In this document: piece by piece, positions 1-11,894 of the stretch | Layout of the letters: the number at the start of each line of letters is the position of its first letter | Numbering within the stretch: the stretch's first letter is position 1 | From: Takakia lepidozioides | Lineage: Eukaryota; Plantae; Bryophyta | DNA: 64,000 nt | Assembly: GCA_030704615.1 (NCBI GenBank) | Contig: CM060731.1 | Location: forward strand, 86,118,001 to 86,182,000 | Reading direction: 5' to 3' | Notes under the pieces: model-generated | The model's input: only the letters and a program-made list of their open reading frames with translations | What the model was told of the DNA's origin: nothing | The model's database searches: none | Position numbers and translations under genes: made by a program

Positions 1-259
1 TGTGACTGACTGTGTCGGACTGTGTCGGCCTGTGACTGGATGTGATAGACTGTGATAGGCTGTGTAAGGCTGTGTCCGGCTGTGACAAGCTGTGTCCGGC
101 TGTGATAGACTGTGATAGGTTGTGTATGACTGTGTAAGCCTGCCTGTCACCCCTAAGGCCTCTGTTGGTCTAAGTCTACCATCCGGTAATTCTGCGCAAA
201 AATTAAGGGTACCCCACAGAACCCGTAAAACTGTCTAAGTCCCAGACAGCCCTCTAACA
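1..259 (-). mobile_element. 3' LTR (partial, runs off window) of gypsy family A; contains a ~10-bp CTGTGT/ACACAG tandem tract at 1-150
   Basis: On the minus strand a polypurine tract (263-277, GAGAGGAGGAGGGG) plus TAA is followed by TGTTAGAGGGCT starting at 259. The sequence is the reverse complement of 43129-43360. Confidence 0.8.
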
Positions 260-262
260 TTA

Positions 263-277
263 CCCCTCCTCCTCTCA
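263..277 (-). promoter_or_regulatory. Polypurine tract (PPT) of gypsy family A
   Basis: Purine run 3 nt before the LTR TG; same layout at 43112-43125. Confidence 0.8.
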
Positions 278-297
278 AAAAGCCGTGTCCTCACGGT

Positions 298-527
298 TTA
301 TTGGTTAGGATCAGCAAACCTTTGTGAGCGAGCACCCTTCTGTCGGTGAGAGTCCCTTGGAGGGCTCTGTGTGCGAGCCCGAGCCCTGTCACTGGCTGGT
401 GGAGATGACTGGTCACCAAATGGAAATGTCTGACCCTCCTTTGGTTGATAACGAGGTAACTTCTCAGGCATAGGAGATTGCCGTCGTTTCTTCTCTGCCA
501 TTTGTAGTGCATAGTCCTCGGCCATGA
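298..527 (-). pseudogene. C-terminal ~75 codons of the accessory ORF also found at 42867-43087
   Basis: MAEDYALQMAEKKRR...RFADP is nearly identical to the end of ORF 42287-43087. Confidence 0.85.
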
Positions 528-2303
528 ACATTCAGCTGTCCATGCAAACACTGCATCCTTCTTCAAAAGCTTACTCAATGGAGCTGCCATCTGTGCATAC
601 CGTTTGACAAACCTTCTATAATAAGTAGTTTGTCCAAGGAATCTCCTTAGACCCTTCACGTTACTTGGTGGTGGTGAGGCTTTAATAGCCTCTGTCTTTC
701 TAGGATCCACAAGCAGTCCCTTCTTACACACAATGTGTCCCAGTAGTAGCCCTGAGTTCACACAGAAAGTACACTTTTCCGGATTCAGACCAAGACCTCT
801 CATCCTGCATCTGGCCAAACATAATTCCAACTTCTGCAAGTGCTCATTCTTAGAACTGTAAACACTGAAGTCATCTAAAAACACTTGCATGAAATCATCC
901 AGATACTCATGGAAGGATTCACTTATCACCCTCTGGAAAGTTGCTGGTGCATTACAAAGTCCAAAAAGCATGACTTTGTATGCATAAGCACCCCAGTCTG
1001 TGATGAAAGCTGTCTTTCCCTGGTCTTCTTCCGCCACTTGCACTTGGTTATACCCACTGAAGCCATCCATGAATGAGTACATCTCATGGCCTGCCACAGT
1101 GTCCAGTACAACTTCTGTGAATGGCAAGGGAAAGAGATATTTCTTTGTACAAGCATTCAACTTTTTTTAGTTCACACAAACTCCCAGTTTACCATTCTTC
1201 TTGGGAACTATCACTATGGGTGATAGCCAAGTTGTATACTCTATCGGGTATATGAACTTAGCCTCAGCCGCTTCTTGATCTCTTTCCCAACCTTCTGTGT
1301 ATAGTTAGGATTCCCCGTACCTTGCCTATTTAATTGGTACTGACCCTGGTTCCAGTTCAATCTTATGCTGGCAGATCTCAAGTGGTATCCCTTTCAAATC
1401 CTCATAGCTCCAAGCAAATACATCTTTGTATTTGATGAACGGGCTCTTAGCTTCCTCAAAGAATTCTGGCTCCAAGTCAGCTCCCACTTTCACCATTCTT
1501 GGTTCCTCCTCAGTTCCCACATTCACTTCTCTCACCTGCTCTTCAACTGTGATTGTCCATCGAGCCACCACTTCATCCTGTAAACTCACTGTGGCTGGTT
1601 CTTCTAGGATTCCCATTTCTCCCTCTCTTTCTTCATAGAAATGTGGTGGGTAACTGCTTGTTTCACCCTCAATTGGTGTGGCTGTTACTGCACCACAGCA
1701 GATACCTTTAAAACAACTCAGACCTCCCAGTTGCATTTCTGCAACCTGCTCCCACTTTGGGTGTGCAGCAAACAGGGTAGCTTCCTGCTCCTCATCAAGT
1801 CCTCCCCTCCAGTCATACTCTCTGACTCCACGAGGTCTTCTGGTAGCAGGTAGCCTACTAGATTTCTTAGTGGTGACCTGTATCTTGTACTTCCCATCAT
1901 GTACAGTCAGTAACTGGGAATTCCAGTCATGGAATACCCTGGCCTGTTTCAGCCATGGTCGACCCAGTAATAAGGAATAGGCTTCCATAACATCATCCAT
2001 TTTCAACATAGTCACTGTGATCTTAAAAATCATCTTTTGGATCTGTATCTTTACTCCTCTTATCAAGCCTAAAGGCTGTACACTCCTTTGATCTGCCATT
2101 GTTACTGTAAATGGGGCTGGTTTCATGTTACTCAGACCAAGCTTCTGCCTTAATTGGTCTGTCATAATATTCATTCCTGAGCCTCCATCTATCAGTACAT
2201 CAGTCAAGTCTGTGCTTCCAATTCTAAATTGGATTACTGGCAGAGAATCATCAAAGTCCATGGCTGTTTCTCGCCCTTCAGGCGTCACATTATAACTTGC
2301 CAC
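528..2303 (-). pseudogene. Ty3/gypsy pol remnant (aspartic protease + reverse transcriptase), non-chromovirus Tat/Athila/Phygy-like, truncated before RNase H
   Basis: Protease VLIDGGSGMNIM and LLLGRPWL; VFAWSYEDLKGIP; RT motifs SFMDGFSGYNQV, FGLCNAPATFQR, FLDDF; frameshifts near 1165 and 1320. Confidence 0.92.
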
Positions 2304-2359
2304 CTTGTTGCTCAGGTTTGTGTTCTATGTCACATGAGCAATCTGATTAATTGGATACA

Positions 2360-2645
2360 ATATTGTCAAAAGCTAGCCTTAACCCACCAAGATCCAATCC
2401 CACGGTGGATGATTGAAAGTTCATATAGTGAATGTAAGGGTATTTGGATATGTTGTTATTGATTGATGCGGCTTGTGAAAATTGAACATTGAAATGCAGA
2501 TCCGCCATTTTTCTTCCAGAAAAAACAAAACACGGGATCTCTTCATGTAACACCGTGGGGATGACCCACCCTTTTTTTTTTGTGAAAAATTGAACTTAGT
2601 TCTCAGAATTCGTCGCTAGTAGTGCGGAGCAACGCGAAGCCCTAG
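2360..2645 (+). repeat. Helitron-like 3' terminal repeat, copy 1 (ends GCAACGCGAAGCCCTAG|T)
   Basis: Near-identical to 17008-17301; last ~80 bp also at 11590-11668; GC-rich motif followed by CTAG and T, as at Helitron 3' ends. Confidence 0.5.
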
Positions 2646-2989
2646 TGTGCGATTAGCGTAGAGCAGACATAGGGTGCCGTAGTGCCTCATCATCGTCGCC
2701 ACATTTCGTCGTCGTCAAATTTCGTCGGACCTGCCCGCGCTGCCCGAACATAACAGAAAAAAAATAAAAAATAAATAAAAAATAAATAAAAAATAAAAGA
2801 AAAACGGGAGAGATGTGCGCGAGGAAGGGAGGATGATGCCCCCGCGTCCTTGAGCGCATTTACGAGGTTCTTGGGAAAGTCAGCTTGGTCTTAGCAGGCC
2901 GTGTTTCAATCTCTGCCTGCGTAGCTGCACCGTGGTGGTTCTCACAGACCAATCCGACATTACCTGACGCCGTCAGTGTCAGCGGCTAG

Positions 2990-5900
2990 CAGCAAGGCTG
3001 ATGATGTATTCATGATTTGTACACAGGCAAGGATAGCTGAAGGAGCAGGGATAGAGTGTGGATCCAGACTCATCCAAGAGGGCCAGATTTCAAGCACAAG
3101 ATTACCTATGATTCCATGTGGATCAATAGCTACAAGAAACCTGCATGGGTAGCTTTGTACGGCAGGCAGACTGACAGAGGCTCTACAGACTTTAAACCAA
3201 TGAGGCATTTCGGCAGATTCAGATACGTATGTCTGTCTCTTGCTTAAGTGCATCAACATGGAGGTCTGGAAGCTGGAAAGCAGGTGCACACTCACATTAT
3301 CCAAAGTGGATTCGGACTTACCAAGCATGGGCGTGGTAGGAATGCTTTGGAGACCTATGAGCAAATAATGCGCGAAGGGGTGAAGCACAACCACATCACC
3401 TTTGTTTGTGTTTGCAATGCGTATGCAAGCCTGGGAGCTCTGGAAAAGAGGAAAGAGGTCCATGGTGACATCTTCGAAGCTGGAATTGTACCAGATGTCA
3501 TTCTGAAGACCTATTTTAGCCTGTTTTGCCCTCCGACAATCTCTCCCTGCTGAGCTGCACCGTGGTGGTTCTCACAGACCAATCCGACATGACCTGACTA
3601 CGGACACAAGCAACACACAGAAGAGGTCATTTTGGGTTGATGGTTGGTCAAATCCTCCATATGATTGCAGGATATGCACCGCAAGGGTGCGGGATGGAGG
3701 CTCTGGAGACCTATGAGCAAATGATGTATGAAGAGGTCCTTTTGGGTTGATGGTTGGTCAATCCTCCATGGGTCATGCTACAAGGTCAAGGACAATGTGG
3801 TGAGGGCACCTTCTTCTTCGACCTATTTCAGCCTATTTTGCCCTCCGACAATCTCTGCCTACTGAGCTGCACCGTGGTGGTTCTCACAGACCAATCTGAC
3901 TACAGACACAAGCAGCACACAGAAGAGGTCATTTCAGGTTGATGGTTGGTCAAATCCTCCATGGATCATGCCACAAGGTCAAAGACAATATGGTGAGGGC
4001 ACCTTCTTCTTCGACCTATTTCAGCCTGTTTTACCCTCTCATCAAATTTGGCCTTGAGATGCATATTGAATTCTATAAGTTAGCTCGTTGGGTGGATCTG
4101 TGGCGGTTTGGAATGACTTTGACAAGTAACTGTCGATGTGGCAGCAGGAAAGTATCCAGAAACAGATAACTGAGATGACGAGAAGCTTTGAATGAACAAA
4201 AGTAGGGTTGGGGTGCTTGTTGGAACAATTCTAGGCTGTCATTGTCAGCAGCTAGCAACAAGGCAAGGATGTATGCATGATTTTGTGCAGAGGCATGGAT
4301 AGCTGAAGAGCAGGGATAGAGGGTGGGTCCAGATTCATCCAAGAGGGCCGGATTTCAAGCTCTAGCCTGTGATTACCTGTGGAAGGATAGGTACAAGAAA
4401 CAGATGGTCAACTGGAAGCCGCAGTAGCAACGACACAATTGATAAAATCAGGCACTGCTAATGAAGGCACCTTCTTCAACACATTTCACCCTGTTTTTTC
4501 CTCTTAACAAAATCGGCCCTAAATTTTCATGTTGAATTCTGCAAGTTAGCTGGTTGAGTGAACCTTTGATAGTTTGGAGTGACTGACATGATATTGCCAA
4601 TGTGACAACAAGAAAGTATCCAGAAATAGGTGACAGAGACTAGGAGAAGCTGTGGAATGAATACTTTTCTGACCCCAATTAATGGTGGGACAATCGAGGC
4701 AAAAAAGTGAATGCATGTTGGATTACAGAGAGTAGCAGATGCAATTGAGCATAAGAACTAATGTGACAAGTAGGGGGGTGTTTGCTGGAACAATTCTAGG
4801 CTGTCATTGTCAGCTGCTAGCAGCAATGCAAGGATGTATGCATGATTTGTGCATGGATAGTTGAAGGAGCAGGGATAGAGTGTGGGTCCAGATTCATCCA
4901 AGAGGGCCGGACTTCAAGCTCCAAATTACGTATGTTTCCATGTGGATCAATAGCTACAAGAAACCTGCATGGGTAGATGGTCAACTAAAGGCAGCAGCTG
5001 CAACGGCACAGTTGATAAAATCATGCACCTCAACCATGATCACAGCTTCTGAAAGAGGATCACGAGAGGGAGTCCACAATGCCTCTTCAGGCACTTCTGG
5101 GCATATGAAGATGCTTTGTGTAGTAGGCAGACTGACAGTGGCTCTTTAGACTTTAAAACCAAGGAGGCATTTTAGCAAATTTAGATAATGTCTGTCTCTT
5201 GCTTAAGTACATCAAGATGGAAGGTCTGGAAGCTGGAAAGCAGGTGCACACTCACATTATCCAAATTGGATTCACGTCAAATGTTTTTCTACTCAACACC
5301 CTTGTCGACATGTATGTTAAGTGCGGGATGCTCACCAAGTGTTCAACAGAATGCCTCAACGATCTTTGATCACGTGGAATATAATGTTGGCGGGGTTTAC
5401 CAACCATGGGTGTGGTAGGAATGCTTTGGAGACCTATGAGAAAATGTTGCACAAAGGGGTGGGCCTGGGAGCTCTGGAAAAGGGGAAAGAGGTCCATGGT
5501 GACATCGTCAAAACTGGAGTTGTACCAGATGTCATTCTGAACACTGCCCTGGTGGACATGTATGCCAAATGTAGGTGCATTGAGGATGCCAAGGGAGTTT
5601 TCAACAATATGCAGGCTGAGCGAGATGTAGTGTCGTGGAACGTGATGCTTGCAGGGTATGCATAGCAGGGACGTGGGGTGGAGGCTTTGGAGGTCTATGA
5701 TCAAATGATGGGGGAAGGGGTGAAGCCCAACCACATCACGTTTGTGTGCGTTTGCAATGCGTGTGCAAGCATGGGAGCTCTGAAAAATGGCAAAGAGGCC
5801 CATGGCAACATCGTCAGAGCTGGAATTGTACTCGATGTCATTCTGAACAATGCCCTCGTGGACATGTATGCCAAATGTGGGAGCATCGAGGATGCAAGGC

Positions 5901-8900
5901 AGTGTTCAACAATATGGCTGAATGAAATGTGGTGTCATGGAACGCGATGCTTGCAGGGCATGCACAGCAGGGGCGCGGGATGGAGGCTTTGGAGACCTGT
6001 GAGCAGATGATGGTGGAAGGGGTGAAGCCCGACCACACCAAATCTGTGCGTTTGCAAGCCTGGCAGCCCTGGAAAATGGCAAAGAGGTGCATGGTTGTAT
6101 CGCAAAAGCCGGAATTGTACCAGATGTGATTCTGAACGATATCCTTGTGGGCATGTATGCAAAATGTGGGTGCATTGAGGATGCGGAGGGAGTGTTTGAC
6201 AGTATGGCTGAACGAGATTTGGTGTCGTGGAGTGCGATGATTGCAGGGTATGCACAACAAGGACGCGGGATGGAGGCTTTGGAGACCTATGAGCAAATGA
6301 TGGGGGAAGGGGTGAAGCCCGACCACATCACATTTGTTTCCGTTTGCAATGCCTGTGCAAGCCTGGCAGCCCTGGAAAAGGGGAAAGAGGTCCATGGTGA
6401 TATCGTCAAAGCTGGAATTGTACACTGCCCTAGTGGACATGTATGCCAAATGTGGGTGCATTGAGGATGTGAGGGGAGTGTTTGACAATATGGCTGAACG
6501 AAATGTGGTGTCGTGGAACGCGATGTTCGCAGGATATGCCCAGCATGGTGTCATAGGGAGGTCCTGCAACTATTTGAGGGAATGTAAAAGAATGGCTTGA
6601 AGTCGGACAATATCACCTTTATATGTGTTCTCTCTGCATGCAGCCACTCTGGCCTACTGAATGAAGGAAATCAAGATCATGGTGTCACTTCGACAGTAAA
6701 GCACTTTGGCTGTATGGTGGACCTTCTTGGACATGTGGGACAACTGGATGAGGTAGTGGATCTGATTAATAAGATGCCAATCAATCGGCCAGACGTTGTG
6801 GTATGGAAGGCCTTGCTTCGTGCCTGCAGAATCCATGACAATGTGGAGATGGCTGAACGTGCGGCAACATCTATCCTCAAATGGGATGAACACTAGGATG
6901 TCGCGACTTATGTGTTGCTATCAAACATCTATGTTGCAGTTGGTAGGTGGGATAATACTGCAAAGGTGAGAATAATGATGAAGGTTAGAGGGGTTAGAAA
7001 GGAGCCAGGTTGCTGCTGCATTGAGGTTGGCAACATGGTGCACACCTTCATCGTAGATGACATCCCAGAATTAAGGAAATCCATGCTGAGCTGAGTCTGG
7101 GCAGATTAAAGGAGGCGGGGTATGTGCCTGACACGCGCTTTGTATTGCATGATGTGGGGGAGGAGGAAAAGGAATTTTCTGTTTGCCACCACAGTGAGAA
7201 GCTGGCCATTGGTTTTGTGTCTGGAGACGAAGGTAGTGGATCTGCCAACATCCAGTCCAACAGGTGAAGTCCTGGCAGAACGGGAAGAGGAGATTTCAAA
7301 TACCTGAATATTAGGCAAGAGGAACTGACCCTGCTAAGATGAAGTTGACTTGGAAGTTGACTTGGAAGCTGACGAGTCCAAGGCCATGTTGGAAGAGTGC
7401 AGAATGTCCGAACAAATGGAGGCTTTGGAGACCTATGAGCAATTGATTTGCGACAGGGTGAAGCCCAACCACATCACGTTTGTCTACGTTTGCAGTGCGT
7501 TTGCAAGCTTGGCAGCCCTGGAAAAGGGTGAAGAGGTGCATGGCGACATCGTCAGAGCTGGAATTGTACCAGATGTGATCCTGAACACTGCCCTGGTGGA
7601 CATGTATGCCAAATGTGGGTGCATGGAGGATGCAAAGGGAGTGTTCGACAATATGGCTGAATGAGATGTGGTGTCGTGGAATGCAATGATCGCAGGATAT
7701 GCACAACATGGTTGTCATAGGGAGGTCCTGCAACTATTTGAAGGAATGAAAAAGAACGGCTTGAAGCAATATGTGTTCTCTCTGCATGCAGCCACACTGG
7801 CCTTCTGAATGAAAGAAGACGCTACTTCGATTCCCTGATTCAAGATCATGGTGTCACTCCGACAGTATAGCACCTTGGCTGCGTGGTGGACCTTCTTGGA
7901 CGTGCGGGACAACTGGATGAGGCAGTGGACCTGAACGTGCGGCAACATCTATCCTCAAGTGGAATGAACAGGATGCCGCGACTTATGTTGCTATCAAACA
8001 TCTATGTTGTAGCTGGCAGGTGGGTTGATACTGTAAAGGTGAGAAGAATGATGAAGGTCAGAGGGGTTGAAAAGGAGCCAGGTCGCTGCTCATTGAGGTT
8101 TGCAATAGGGTGCACACCTTCGTTGTAGATTACAAGTTGCATCCCAGAATTAAGGAAATCCATGCTGAGCTGAGAAGATTGTCTGGGAAGATGAAGGTGA
8201 TTTGCCAGGAGCTGTTTTCCAGATTACCTATGATTACCTACAAGAAACCTGCATGGGTAGATGGTCAAGTGGAAGCCGCTACAGCAGCGGCACAATTGAT
8301 AAAATCAAGCGTTGCTAATGAAGGCACCTTCTTCAACACATTTCATGTTTTTCCCTCTTATCAGAATCAGCCCTAAATATCCATATTGAATTCTGCAAGT
8401 TAGCTGGTTGAGTGAATCTTTGATAGTTTGGAGTGACTTTGACATGATACTCCCAACTGACAACAGGAAAGTATCCTAAAAGAGGTAATAGAGATGAGGA
8501 GAAGCTGTGGAATGAATACTTTTCTGACCCCAGTCAATGGTGGGACAACCGAGGCAAAAAAGTGAATGTCTGTCAGATTACCTGTCATTCTGAACACTAT
8601 GGCTGAACGAGATGTGGTGTCGTGGATTGTGATGCTTGCGGGTATGCACAGCAGGGGTGTGGGATGGAGGCTTTGGAGACCTATGAGCAAATGATGGGGG
8701 AAGGGGTGAAACCGCCCACATAACATTTGTGTGCGTTTGCAGTGTGTCTAGCAGCCCTAGCAAAGAGATCCATGGTGACATCATCAATTGTACCAGATGT
8801 CATCCTGAACACTGCTCTGGTGGACATGTATGCCAAATGTGGGAGCATTGAGGATGCTAAGGGAGTGTTCAACCTATGGCTGAACGAGATGTGGTGTCGT

Positions 8901-11265
8901 GGAACGCGATGCTTGCAGGGTGTGCACAGCAAGGGCGCGGGATGGGGCTTTGGAGACCTATCAGCAAATGATGGGGGAAGGGGTGAAGCTCGACCACATC
9001 ATGTTTGTGTGCATTTGCAGTGCGTGTGCAAGCCTGATAGCCTGGAAAAGTGCACAGAGGTCCATGGTTGCATCGTCAAATCTGGAATTGTACCCGGTGT
9101 CATGCTGAACATTACCCTGGTGGACATGTATGTCAAATGTGGGTGCATTAAGGATGCCAAGGGAGTGTTTGACAGTATGGTTGAACGAGATGTGGTGTTG
9201 TGGAGTGCGATGATTGCATGATATGCACAGCAAGGGTGCGGGATGGAGGCTTTGCAGACCTATAAGCAAATGATGTGCAAAGAGGTGAAACCCAACCACA
9301 TCACATTTGTTTGTGTTTGCAGTGTGTGTGCAAGCCTGGCAGCTCTGGAAAAGGGGAAAGAGGTCCATGGTGACATCGCCAAAGCTGGAATTGTACCAGA
9401 TGTCATCCTGAACACTGCCCTGGTGGACATGTATGCCAAATGTGGGTGCATTAAGGATGTGAAGGGAGTTTTCAAGACTATGGCTGAACGAGATGTGGTG
9501 TGATGGAACTCAATGCTTGCAGGGTATGCACAGCAGGGGCGTGGGATGGAGGCCTTGGAATGATGTGCGAAGGGGTGAAGCCCGACCACATCGCGTTTGT
9601 GTGCATTTGCACTGCGTGTGCAAGCCTGGCAGCCCTGGAAAAGGGCAAAGAGGTGCATGGTTGCATCGCCAAAGCTGGAATTGTACCAGATGTGATTCTG
9701 AACAATACCCTCGTAGACATGTATGCCAATTGTGGGAGCATTGAGGATGTGGAGGGAGTGTTCAACAATATGGCTGAATGAGATTTGGTGTCATGGAACG
9801 CCATGCTTGCAGGATATGCACAACAGGAGCACGGGATGGAGGCCTGGGGGAAGGGGTGAAGCCCGACCACATCATGTTTGTGTGCGTTTGCAAGCCTGGC
9901 AAAGCATGGCGTTCCAGCAAAGAGGTGCGCCATGGTGACATCATCAAAGTTGGAACTGTACCAAATGTCATTCTAGACGCTACCCTGGTGGACATGTATG
10001 TGAAATGTGGGTGCAGTGAGGATGCAAAGTGAGTATTTGACAATATGGCTGAATGAAATGTGGTGTCGTGGAATGCGATGATCGCAGGATATGCCCAGCA
10101 TGGTTGTCATAGGGAGGTCCTGCAACTATTTGAAGGAATGCAAAAGAAAGGCTCGAAGCTGGACAATATCACCTTTATATGTGTTCTCTATGCATGCAGC
10201 CACACTGGCCTACTGAAATCCAGATGTTGTGGTGTGGAAGGCTTTGCTTGGTGCCTGCAGAATCCATGGCAATGTGGGGATGGCTGAACGTGCGGCAACA
10301 TCTATCCTCTAGTGGGATGAACAGGATGGCGCGACTTATGTGTTGCTATCAAACATCTATGCTGTAGCTGGCAAGTGGGATGATACTGCAAAGGTGAGAA
10401 GAATGATCAAGGTCAGAGGGGTTAGAAAGGAGCCAGGAGCCATGTCGCTGCTGCATTGAGGTTGGCAATAGGGTGCACACCTTCATTGTAGATGACAAGT
10501 TGCATCCCAGAAACATCTATGTCGCAGCTGGCAGGTGGGATGATATTGCAAAGGTGAGAAGAATGATCAAGGTCAGAGGGGTTAGAAAGGAGCCAGGAGC
10601 CAGGTCGCTACTGCATTGAGGTTGGCAACAGGGTGCATACCTTCATTGTAGATGACAAGTTGCATCCCAGAATTAAGGAAATCCATGCTGAGCTGAGAAG
10701 ATTGTCTGGGTAGATGAAGGAGGCGGGGTATGTGCCTGACACGCGCTTTGTATTGCGAAATGGGGGAGGAGGAAAATGAGTTTTCTCTTTGCCACCATAG
10801 TGAGAAGCTGGCCAATGGTTTTGGGCTGATCAGCACGACCCCTAGGACGCCTCTCCGTCTCATCAAGAATCTTCGAGTGTGTGGTGACTGCCACACCTCC
10901 ACCAAATTCACCTCAAAGATTGTTGGCCGAGCAATTTTTGTATGGGACGCTAACCGCTTTCACCACTTTGAAGATGGAATTTGTTTTGGAGTGTGATGAT
11001 TGCAAGATATACTCAGCATGGGTTTAGTAAGGAAGCTTTTGAGTCTATGAGCAAATGCTACAGGCAGGGGTGACCCCTGATTTGGTTACCTTCATTTGCA
11101 TTCTCAATGCATGTGCCCTGGAAAAGGGCAAAAGGGTTCATGCTGACATTATCAAAACTGGAACTGGGTCATATATTAATTTGGAGAATACCTTAGTGAA
11201 CATGTATGCTAAATGTGGGAGCCTGAAGGATGCATGCCAAGTGCTGAGGAGACTAAGAGAGGCCT
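2990..11265 (+). pseudogene. Degenerate tandem array of PDF-motif + PLS-class PPR + E/E+/DYW RNA editing factor sequence (unit 1, several gene copies)
   Basis: Repeated ~303-bp P-L-S triplets ([14 protein letters not shown] / VKPDHITFVCVCNACASL / DVILNTALVDMYAKCG); E domains (HFGCMVDLLG..., LLSNIY) at ~6600-7000, 7780-8100 and 10200-10600; many stops and frameshifts. Confidence 0.93.
10560..10995 (+). pseudogene. PG-box + DYW cytidine deaminase domain remnant
   Basis: RKEPG...IEVGNRVHTF, GYVPDT, HSEKLA, KNLRVCGDCH, DANRFHHFEDGIC. Has an in-frame stop and a frameshift, and the terminal CxCxDYW is lost. A second partial DYW lies at ~7000-7210. Confidence 0.92.
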
Positions 11266-11589
11266 AAGGAGGGCTTGGGTTTCTCGATTTTTCTGGATGT
11301 TTTTTTTTCTTTCCTTATTTCGGGAGGGCGATCAGTGCAGCTACATGGGGTGGTTATTTGATGTGATGTCTGATGCTTGGGGAGGGACGAACAGAGGGAG
11401 GGGAAGGGGGGAAGGGGGGAAGGGGGGGGGGGGGGGTGTCTGCATAGGGCAAAAAAGGGGGGGTTCAAATCCCCCTCACTTCTTGGGCATAGATAGGGGT
11501 ATGCCTATGTTATACTTTTGCATTGTTCCTCATGTTTTCTGCATATTATATATTTCCAATTATCAAAAGAATCACTGTATGCGTGGGGG

Positions 11590-11810
11590 TGACCCGCCCC
11601 TTTTTGTGCCAATTGAACACAGTTCTCAGAATTCGTCTCTAGTAGTGTGGAGCAACGCGAAGCCCTAGTTCTAGTGACGATCGAAGGTCGGAAGCTAGTT
11701 TAGCGTAGAGCAGGAATAGGGTGCCATAGTGCCATGTCATCGTAGACACGTCATCGTCGCCACGTTTCGTCGTCGTCAATTTTCGTCAAACCTGCTTGGC
11801 CTGCCCGAAA
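11590..11810 (+). repeat. Tail-to-head junction of Helitron-like ends (three CTAGs at 11665, 11671, 11695) followed by a 'head' sequence shared with 2653-2750
   Basis: Homology to 2560-2645 and 2654-2750; small hairpin CGATC-GAA-GGTCG before the third CTAG. Confidence 0.5.
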
Positions 11811-11894
11811 ACCCAGAATCTTTCTTGACCCGAAGCTTTCTTGAATGGCCTAAAGGGGCGTTGCGCATTGTGAACCAAGGAGGCGATTCGGCAC

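Noticed and set aside
1-150. Telomere or satellite-like CTGTG repeats
   Set aside because: Part of the family A LTR, also present at 43250-43360.
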